A DNA stretch of 63,789 nt, filler included, from Olpidium bornovanus S191 (Eukaryota; Fungi; Olpidiomycota), in NCBI GenBank assembly GCA_017911155.1. It is 28 parts of 28 records of this genome, joined end to end, with 100 filler letters (N's around TTAATTAATTAA, not from the genome) between each part and the next. Parts side by side here need not be neighbours in the genome. Positions count along the whole stretch, not along the records: positions 1 to 2,791 come from JAEFCI010011476.1; positions 2,892 to 4,491 come from JAEFCI010013390.1; positions 4,592 to 8,440 come from JAEFCI010005680.1; 25 more parts are not named here. One strand, 5' to 3'. Below are positions 1-8,540 of this stretch, in pieces. The notes under the pieces are model-generated. The model saw only the letters and a list, made by a program, of their open reading frames with translations. It searched no databases and was not told the origin of the DNA. Within the stretch, counting starts at the first letter, position 1. Each line of letters starts with the position of its first letter. The translations under genes were made by a program, and so were the position numbers.

Positions 1-254
1 CATGCAAGATCGCCCACTGCCGGCCAAATCCAGAGCGACCGGGTGCGGGACGTCTTCTCTAACGCGGAACCGGCACCGAAGCCGGATGACTCGAAAATAC
101 CATTGTTACCGTCTCACGCTCGAGGCCTCCTTTCGAAAGGGCGGAGACAATTGCTCCTGTCGGCTTCGAAACACTCACCACGCCAAGAGGGGCAGGTTTG
201 GGTCTGCTCGCCACGTGCCGAGGATAATGCGGTGAAGGAACGACAGAGCGGGCG

Positions 255-1119
255 TCACAATCCCTCGGCCAGCTTGGCGGCCCAGCTCCTACTGTCGCTG
301 GCCAGTGCCATCAGGTAATCGCTCCGCTGCACAACTTCGAAGCGGCACATTCTGCCCGGCTCGTGGCCGACAACCGACGCGTCCAGCATGCCGGTAGCGC
401 GGGGGCCAGAGTAGACGGCGAGGGCCGAGCAGACGAGGTTGGCTTCTCTGCAACGGCCGGAAACCGGGAAGCGACCAAAACGTTTCCCGTCAGAAAGCCA
501 GCGGGCACGGGAAGGCCGGCGGGCCGGTTGGTTACCGGGGCATGCCTTACGCGGACAGTATGCGCAGGAGGGCCACGGCGTCGGCGCCGGCGTGTTCCAA
601 GTTCAGCACGTCAACGGTGGCCGCGGAGCCGGCGATCCCGTAAAGCTGCGAGCAAGCGGCGGCGATGTGGAGGCGAACCTGAAGGTCCGTCAGCGGAACT
701 CGCGGAGGTTTATCAAAGACCCTGGAGGAGGCATTGGCATCGGTGGGGTGCAGCAAGCCCCCCCAAAGAAAAAGAAAATAAAAAAGAAACGGCGGGAACA
801 AGGCCGCGGCCACACAACGGCAGAGGGCGTGGGGTGCGAGAGAATTGAAGGGGAGAGAGAAGGACGTCAGGTCGGGAGCCGTGGCGGCAGACGGCGTTTC
901 GGAAAAAGCAAGCGGGTCCCTCTTGTTTCGTGCCACCCACAATTTCACCTTGAGGTAATGGAACTCGGTGCCGGACGCCACGGTCAACTTCCAGCGCAGC
1001 TTTGCCTGCCGCTTCCGTCCGGCGGGCGCGGTCGCGGCGGTCGCGGCGGTCGCGGCGGTCGGGGGGCGCGTTCCAGGGGACGGCATGGTGCGCCTGTCCT
1101 CCTCCTCCTCCTCCTCCAT
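255..1119 (-). CDS. RPP14: RNase P/MRP protein subunit of the Rpp14/Pop8 (Pop5-like) family, 3 exons
   Basis: Spliced translation ...TEFHYLKVKL|VFDKPPRVPLTDLQVRLHIAAACSQLYGIAGSAATVDVLNLEHAGADAVALLRILS|..EANLVCSALAVYSG...RMCRFEVVQRSDYLMALASDSRSW..*. It matches the Rpp14 motifs EYHYMKVCL, LFGEVDAALPLDIL, KLWSSLTL and CAFRVIQVSPFLLALSGNSR. Introns are GT-AG; stop at 255-257. Start could be the ATG at 1119 or the next Met (MPSPG). Confidence 0.85.
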
Positions 1120-1296
1120 GGGGGCGGGGGGCGGTGGTTGCGGCACGCCACCGACGGGGAAACGGGGCGGGGGAAAAGGGGAGGATCCTCCTCCGCTCTG
1201 CGCCCCGCCCGCTCTCACTCCGCGCGCCCCGCGCGCTTTTTCCCGCTGTGAAGGAAGACGAAGCTTTGAGGTCTGGCCGCCCCGCGCCCACGTCTC

Positions 1297-2791
1297 ATGG
1301 AGCTGGCGCCCGTCCCGCGCGCAGTGGCTGCCGCCGCAAGGGTCGCCCACGCGGCCGCCGCCGCTGCGGCCGCGGCGGCCGTTCCGCCGGGAGCCGTGAC
1401 GCGGACGCCCCCCGCCCTCAGAGCGTCCGTCGCCCGCCCGCCCCGGACTCGGGCCTTCGCCGCCCGCGCTGCCCCCGCTGCAGGCGCAGCTCGTGGGCAG
1501 GCCGCCGCCGCCGCCGCGCCGGACCGACTCCAGTCCTTCTCGAAACTGCTTGCCGACGGTCCGTCGTTTGCCGACTTTCTGAGCAAGCAGGAGGCGCCGC
1601 TCACACGTGAGGAGGCCTTGGAGCTGAGAGAGACGGTCTCCAGGGAAGCTGCCGCCGCGGATGCTGCTCCGGCCGCCAAGCAGGCGGAGCCCGCGAACAA
1701 GAAAAAGGCGCCGTACGTTTTACCCGTACGCTGTTGGCGCAGCCTTGCCCGTTCCCGCGATGTCTCAGAACCTCTGAGCCGCAACTGCCGCCGGAACCTT
1801 GCAGCGTCGTCCGCCTCCCGCCGTGGCTGAAGACCGAAATCCCGGGCGGCGCCAACTACGCGCGGATAAAGAAGGACCTGCGCGGTCTCAACTTGCACAC
1901 CGTCTGCGAGGAAGCGCGTTGCCCGAACATTGGTGATTGCTGGGGCGGAGGCGCCAACCAGACGGCGACGGCCACCATCATGATAATGGGGGATGAATGC
2001 ACCCGGGGGGGCCGGTTCTGTTCGGTGAAGACCAACAGGACGCCCAAGCCGCTAGACCCGAACGAACCGGAGAACACCGCAGAGGCGATATCCCGATGGG
2101 GTTTGGACTACATCGTGATCACTTCGGTCGACAGGGACGACCTTCCAGACGGCGGCGCCGCGCACTTCGCCTCCACCATCCGGAAAATCAAGGCTAAGTG
2201 GGTGACTCCTTTGTTTGGCCGAATGCTGCCGGCGTGTGTCTGTTGGAGAGCGAACAACGGTTTTACGGTCGGTGAGAACGTTCCGCTCGTCCATTCCCCC
2301 TCCCCTGCCTTTTTTTTTTCTCGCAGAGCAAAGCACATTCTGGTCGAGTGCCTGACCGGTGATTTCCAAGGCGACCTCGACTGTGTCGCGGAGGTGGCCG
2401 GCGCGGGACTAGACGTCTACGCGCACAATGTCGAGACGGTCGAGGCGCTGCAGGGATACGTGCGCGATCGGAGGGCGAACTACCAGCAGTCGCTCTCTGT
2501 TCTCGCTCACGCCAAGAAGGTCCGGCCGGACCTGGTAACGAAAACTTCCATCATGCTGGGGTGCGGCGAGACCGATGACGAGGTTTTGCAGACCTTAAAA
2601 GGTGAACTCGCGCGCCTCCTGAACTGTTCCAAAAGCGTCTAGGCTGTCGACCGGGCCCGTTGCGCCGGCCGGCAGACTATAAACTCGCACCCGCTTCTTT
2701 CGTGAACCTCGCTCAAACCGGTTTTTCGCAATTTTCTTTGCCAGACCTGCGCGCTGTGGGCGTCGACTGCGTCACGCTCGGCCAGTACATG
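1297..2791 (+). CDS. LIP5: Mitochondrial lipoyl synthase (radical SAM), 3' truncated at contig end
   Basis: Motifs [21 protein letters not shown] (CX4CX5C), [41 protein letters not shown] and [16 protein letters not shown]. Introns at 1713-1804, 2198-2326 and about 2602-2744. The Ala/Arg-rich N-terminus resembles a mitochondrial presequence. Confidence 0.97.
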
Positions 2792-2891
2792 NNNNNNNNN
2801 NNNNNNNNNNNNNNNNNNNNNNNNNNNNNNNNNNNTTAATTAATTAANNNNNNNNNNNNNNNNNNNNNNNNNNNNNNNNNNNNNNNNNNNN
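2792..2891. other. Artificial contig spacer (N44-TTAATTAATTAA-N44), first of 27
   Basis: Identical 100-nt spacers start at about 2792, 4492, 8441, 11387, 14289, 18737, 21897, 23912, 26203, 28287, 29694, 31693, 33468, 35189, 36370, 38635, 40207, 43345, 44681, 47846, 49066, 53033, 55302, 57062, 58439, 60120 and 61946. The core gives stop codons in all six frames. Confidence 0.99.
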
Positions 2892-3284
2892 CATGTCCTT
2901 AAAGATCCGGATGGCGTCATAATTGTCGACAAGGAGCGGAATAGGGACAAAAATGATGGACATTCGGGGATGTGTGGTTGTAGCGCCACAATCAAAAAAA
3001 AACAATCTGACAGTTAATCGTGGGATGGTTAATCGTTGCATTGACAGAGGAAATGTTAAGTAAAACGGTTTCACAATTAAGGACGGCATTGACTTGACTA
3101 TTTCGACCCGGAGGCGGCTTCGGTGTCAGAGCTGGCGGTATTTTTCGTCTGGTTCACTTGTGGTTTGGTTGGGACATGGCGGCGTTTGCGGGGACCGCAG
3201 GGGATCGTAAGAGGCGCGGTCGGCGGCGTCCGTAGCAAGCGCGGGGGCATCCAGGGTATCCTGGGGAAGCGCAAGAACTTTGAC

Positions 3285-3415
3285 TGAAGAAGAAAAGCGG
3301 AAAAGGAGGGAGAGAAGCGCACGCGAAGAGAAGCGAGAAAAGAGGGAGAGAAGCGCGCGCGAAGAAAAGCGAGGAAGGAGGGAGAGAAGCGCGCGCGAAG
3401 AGGTGAGAACATACC
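3285..3415. repeat. Minisatellite, about 3-4 imperfect copies of a ~33-36 nt unit (GAGAGAAGCGCGCGCGAAGAAAAGCGA core)
   Basis: Direct inspection; it gives the repeated peptide RERSAREEK in the ORF track. Confidence 0.8.
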
Positions 3416-4267
3416 GGAACGCTGGTTTTTTTTTTTTGTTTTTTTTTTGTTGCCAAGAGCGGCGCGGGGGGGGAAGAATCGCACGCGGGGAAGCGGTGAG
3501 AAGCGCGGCGACTGATTTTTTTTTTTTTTTTTTTTACGTGAAGAAGAGCGGCGCAGGGAGGGTTGGAAGGCGGGCGCGGAGCGCGACAACCGGTTCAACG
3601 AATGCGCGAAGCGCAGGCGGGCGCGTGGGAAAGCGGTCGCAGGGAGTCACGGAAGGGCTCGTAACCTGTTGGTTTTTGGTTTTGATAGATTGAATTAGTA
3701 TATAATATAATGAAGGGGCAAGCCGACTTCGCAGCGGACCCGACCTGCGGCAATGGAGAAAGAAAAGAGTAAGGTTTAGCAGAAGAGATGTATTTAGCAG
3801 AGCAATGGTACGAAAGGCTTAAGATTATGATTAGCATTGGTGTCAGGAACACTCGGAAGTCCGTTCCGGTGAACAGAAACAGAGGATGGCAGGAGGATGA
3901 TGGCATTTGCTTCCCTGAGTAGCATATGACAACAGATCAAGGAAACCAAATCAAGGAGGGGAGCGTGCGCGCCACGGCGGCCGCGGCGGGGAGGGGAGCG
4001 TTATGGGAGGGGGGCGGGGGTTATGGGGAAGGTGGGGGGAGGGGGTGGAGGAGAAGGATGCAACGCTGCTCTCTCTCTCACCACTTACGGCCACTGCTTC
4101 ATCAAGGTGAATCACGAAACCGGCCATGACGACCACCCGACGCTCAGACAATGTGCTCAGAAGAAACTCCTGGAAGCTGCTGCAAATATATACAGCAACC
4201 AGTCCTCCAATTTCCAGCTCTCTCTGTTGCTTCTTGACGAGTGTGGAACACTGGGAAGATTTCATAC

Positions 4268-4452
4268 CTCTCTGAGCTGGCCAACTCACTTGTCCGTGAG
4301 GGATTGTCCCTTTGTGTGTGTGGTTCCCTTTCAAGTTCCAGCAGAAGGACCGGTGGTTACAATCACGTAGCATGAGGGTTACGGTCACGTGGCGTTAAAG
4401 TCACGGGCGTGACGCCAAAAGCGAAAGAAACTCCTGTAGGCCCTAGCCTAAC
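4268..4452 (+). repeat. Dispersed repeat family, copy A (CTGAGCTGG...GTCCCTTTGTGTG...CACGTGGCG...CGAAAGAAACT...CCTAAC)
   Basis: Collinear similarity to 19785-20075 on a different contig. Confidence 0.7.
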
Positions 4453-5189
4453 GGTTCGGGAATAACATCAAATCTTACCTTTAGTTACGCANNNNNNNNN
4501 NNNNNNNNNNNNNNNNNNNNNNNNNNNNNNNNNNNTTAATTAATTAANNNNNNNNNNNNNNNNNNNNNNNNNNNNNNNNNNNNNNNNNNNNAGGTTTTTC
4601 CGGGGTAAGGATCAGGGGTAACCCTGGCGCTATCTCTGAGGGAGCGAAGCTCGACGAGGTGTGGTTAATTTCTTGTGTTGCAGCCGGACTTTGGCATTTT
4701 CCGAGTTCCATGAGTGCCATTCCGGATTCGCAACATGGTATTCCGAGATCCCGTTGCCAGGGTAACCAATCAGCCACCGGGCCCAGCCCCAGTCTGGCCC
4801 CGGTCCAGCTAAAGTCTCCCATTGGCCCGTCTTTAATTTTTTCATTTATTATCTTGCCCTCCGCTCCCCGTTCGCCCCGCCTCGTTTCATTTACATCCCC
4901 ACCCTCTTCGTAGTTCACTCTGTAGTTTCCTCTGTACATAAATAGCCGGTCTTAGCCGACTTTAGTTAGTTTCTTTCCCCACAAAATCCACTCTTGTACT
5001 CTAGTTAACCCAATATTTCCTAAAGAGGGCGCCAGAGGAAGCCCATCAATGGGTTTATGGCTTATCGAAGGGCCACGTGACATTGAGGGGGACACCCATT
5101 ACAGATTTCAGGGTAGTCAAGTTTCTCCCGTGTCACCAATTCTTTTGTCGGCCATGAGACGGTCAATTCAGGCTCCGTGGTGGTCAGGT

Positions 5190-5800
5190 CACGAGTTGGA
5201 CGGTTTAGGCAGGCTGGGCAGGCTTCCGAATCGTTGCCAGTCAATTATTGGGTTACACTCCTGCGACCAGGAGGTTTCCAAGATGAGGTCGTGCTTGATG
5301 GCGGGAGTCACGACGAACGACGTCTTCGAGGATTATGCTCGCCCCGCCTGGTCGCAAAGAGAGAGCTAGCCTTGGCGGGGTTGGCCGCTAACGCGATTGC
5401 CCGCGAAATGCAGCCGGGTTGGCGAGTATACATGTGAAAGTCTGCGGGCCAGCCAGTAGTTTATGAGGTTCAGACTCTGTTTATGAGGATTCCCCTGAGT
5501 TGAGGAGCCCCTGTATGAAGGGTACGTCTCCCTCCGCTGGCTGAGGGCCGGCAGTGGTCGAGTACCGCTGGCGATCGTTTCATGTTTGGCTTCTTCTTGA
5601 GGCGGGCCTGTTGGGGGGGCTCGGTACTCCCCCGCGGTGAAGTTCCCAATTGGCGCCGGGCCGTCGCCACCACTAGTGTTTTGAGGAACGCGGAATTTTC
5701 CGCTTTTTGGAACACGTGCCCCCGGCCATCCGAGCCCACGGCTGGCGTGACCGGCGCTCAGGACACAACTCTCCTGCAGCCAAAAAGACGTGAACAAAGA
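5190..5800 (-). mobile_element. Degenerate Ty3/gypsy gag-protease remnant
   Basis: Minus-strand SFVVTPAIKHDLILETSWSQECNPIIDWQ matches the retropepsin C-terminal pattern (F.V....DLILG.PWL...NP.IDW). Upstream is a DGPAP gag-like motif. Frameshifted. Confidence 0.55.
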
Positions 5801-6504
5801 CTCCTTAGTGGAGCACATCCGCGTCCTCAATGAGCGAAACAATGGTGCCTGCCGGGAAGTTCAATTTCATGCTGGTAAAACACCAGGTTTTTCAAAAACA
5901 GCGCAGGCTCGTTCACCCGCGGCGTGAATGTGTCCGTCCGTGGTTTTCCCGTTGACAAAATTACGCGTCCGCTTACAATCATTCCGACAGCATGTTACCA
6001 GATGAAACGGCTCGGGGAAGGTTGGTGGACGCTTTGGGCTTTGCCGCCCGGAGTGGCCATTACCAGGCTGCGACTACAGAAGCAGCGCGACGCAAGGGTT
6101 TGTGTTTGTGTCGTGGTCTGAAATGGGATGATGCCTTTCTTTTTTTTTTCCCGTCGTCGCAGACCGAAACAAGCGTGACCAACCAGGCCCTGCAGAAAAT
6201 CAACCAGGACCTGCGCAAGAAAAATAAAAGCAGCGAGAGAGCTGCTGGGTGGCGAGCATGTAGATCTGCGGCCGAACGGAATGCGTCGCAGCCGCGTGCA
6301 AACAGGTAGCGAAAAAGGCCGCCCAAAAAATTCAAGTCTGCCACTGGCGGGAACAGAATGCGCCATTTATACCGGCCCCCCCCCCCCACCCCCCCCCATT
6401 TCATTTCTTCCCAAGAAAAAAATCTATATCGCTTTCCGTTTCAGTTTCCTGCAACATACTTTCTTTAAATCTTATAATTGAATATATTATACTTATTGGA
6501 TTAT

Positions 6505-6800
6505 TGGCGTTACTAATGAAGCTCCTGTTTTGAGAGATTTTGATCTTGAACCGCGTTTCCTTAACAAATCGGTTGGCCTTTTGGTGAAATCCGTCCTAAC
6601 CCGGCAGCGCACCGGCCTGCTCGTTTTGCCAGCCGCCTCACTTGGCGTAAGCTCGGAATGCCTGGCCGTTTTCTGCTCCCGGTGGTCCTGCGTCCTCGCG
6701 CTTTCACGGATGCGTTTCCGATGCAGCCGCGCTAAGCGTGCCAAAATTCAGCCGAAGGATATTCAACTTGCAAAACCGCCTGCGCGGGGAGCACCTGAAC
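6505..6800 (+). pseudogene. Decayed histone H3-like fragment
   Basis: [16 protein letters not shown], then after a frameshift RLRGE, resembles the H3 C-terminus [21 protein letters not shown]. Upstream RDFDLEPRFLNKSVGLLVKS aligns without gaps to QDFKTDLRFQSSAIGALQES. A GTAAG...CAG intron lies between them. Stops and frameshifts are present. Confidence 0.4.
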
Positions 6801-7088
6801 GAGAGCAAAGATGCCTCGAGCGCAAGTTTCCGCTCGAGAATTGCTGGGAGAGGCTGGGCCTCCTGCGACTCTGATCTAAAGATGCCTTGATTTGCCAATT
6901 TCCGTTTGGTAAGTGAGGCTTGGAAAGGAGGGTGCGCCTTTTGTGACACGTTCCATTCGCATATTGACTTAAATGGCGTATGCACTACAAGCATGTTCTC
7001 GCGTGTGACCCCTCATCACAAGGCAGCGCAACGGCCGACAGTTTTTTTAATTATTTGGTTGTTTTTTTTCGCTTTTTTTTTTTGTTAT

Positions 7089-7243
7089 TGTTGTGAACCG
7101 AAAGAGTACGCTCTACGGTCACGTGATCAAAGATGCCAAGACCGGGAGGGGAGCTCCCCCTGGAGCTCTTCCTCCCGCCGTCAAACGCAAACAACGGAAG
7201 AGAAGAAGGGAACGGAGAGAGAGACCCCCCCCTTTTCGCAACA
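7089..7243 (+). mobile_element. 5' LTR (155 bp) of a Ty1/copia retrotransposon
   Basis: Begins TGTTGTGAA and ends TTCGCAACA (8/9 inverted terminal match, TG...CA). It is followed directly by a PBS and then gag. Predicted 5-bp TSD is GTTAT (7084-7088). Confidence 0.85.
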
Positions 7244-7257
7244 CGTTATCAGCACCA
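7244..7257 (+). promoter_or_regulatory. Primer binding site complementary to the anticodon arm of tRNA-Ile(IAU) (half-tRNA priming)
   Basis: CGTTATCAGCACCA is the reverse complement of TGGTGCT[I]ATAACG in the eukaryotic tRNA-Ile(AAU) anticodon arm, with an inosine:C pair. It abuts the LTR end. Confidence 0.8.
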
Positions 7258-7645
7258 TTTGCTCCTGCTCTCTCCCTTCGCCGCCGACGCCGCCACCGCC
7301 GTTGCGCTCCGCCACCGCCGTTGTGCTCCGCCCCCGCCGTTGCACTCCGCCGCCGCCGTTGCGCTCCGCCACCGCCGTCGCCGCTGCGCACCACGCCACC
7401 GCCGCTGCCGCCGCTGCCGCCGTTCGCCGCCGCTTCGCCGCTGCGCGCCACGCCGCCGCCGCCGCGTCGACCGTCGCGCTCGCCGAGACCGCCACTCGTT
7501 CTGCTTCGCGCCACACAAGCTCGCCCCGTTCGCGCCACACAAGCAGTCGCTCGTCGCTGCCACTGTCGCGAACACCATCACCCGTTCGCGTCAACCACAC
7601 CCACCGTCTCGCCCGCCGAGAAGAGAAGCCCTCCCCGCGCCGCCC

Positions 7646-8440
7646 ATGGACAACAAGAAGGTTTCGCTCGAATTCGAGCCCCTTGCGGCTGACAGGGAGA
7701 ACTACCTCCTCTGGGCCGTCCAAGCCCGGAACCTCCTTGTCGCGAACGAGGTGGACGTCGCAGTTGCCATGGACGACACCCCTGCCCAGCAGGCCAAGGC
7801 TGCCGAGTGCTCCCAGGCCATGCGCGCGAAGGCCATTAGCTACCTTTGGAGGCATATGGCACGCCCTTTGCTTGACCAATACGTCCTCAAACATAACCCC
7901 GCTGCGTTATGGAAAGCTTTGGCGGGACGTTTTAATAACCAACAGGTCCTGCTCTTGCCGCGCGCACAGGACTCATGGATGACCCTGCGAGTCCTCGACT
8001 ACCCGTCGATCGCCTCGTACGATGCCAAGCTCCACAGCATTGTTGCCCAGTTGCGCCTCTGCGGTGAGTCCGTATCGGAGGCGCAAATGATTCAGAAGAC
8101 CCTCTCCACCATGCCGGTGGCCTCGGCCGTGTTGGCTCAGCAAATGCGCAATATGGCCTTCCAGAGTTATGATGCGCTCATGACTCACCTCCGCCTAGTG
8201 GAGCGGAACCATGAGCTTTTGCTCAGCAATGCGGAACGCCGTCCTGCGGGGGCAGCGGCTCCCAAGGAGGCACACCATGCTGCTGCGCGCAGTAAAGGCA
8301 GGGACCGGATCAACAAGGGCAAGGGCAAGGGCAAGGGACAGGGTAAGGGCAACGGAGGGCCCAAACCTACTGGTGCGGCGCCCGCCGGAGCCTGGGGTGC
8401 CCAGAAGCGTACGCGTTACGTGGAGGGCCGCACCTGCAAA
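7646..8440 (+). mobile_element. Ty1/copia Gag (UBN2/Retrotran_gag_2-like), Bianca-like; uninterrupted, runs off contig end
   Basis: LEFEPLAADRENYLLW, RAKAISYLWRHM, NPAALWKALAGRF, LLPRAQDSWMTLRVLDYPSIASY, IVAQLRLCGESVSEAQMIQKTLST, FQSYDALMTHLRLVERNHELLLSNAERRPAG, then a GKG-rich linker ending at CK (likely the start of a zinc knuckle). Confidence 0.88.
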
Positions 8441-8540
8441 NNNNNNNNNNNNNNNNNNNNNNNNNNNNNNNNNNNNNNNNNNNNTTAATTAATTAANNNN
8501 NNNNNNNNNNNNNNNNNNNNNNNNNNNNNNNNNNNNNNNN

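Noticed and set aside
2892-3100. Retropepsin remnant (FDCGATT...YDAI)
   Set aside because: The spacing between the DSG-like and YDxI motifs is far too short, and the match is not convincing.
5992-6240. Histone H3 N-terminal tail similarity (ETAR, ATTEAARRK, ALQKI)
   Set aside because: The matches are short and low-complexity. An alternative spliced frame gives an unrelated coiled-coil peptide, so it is not included in the H3-like call.
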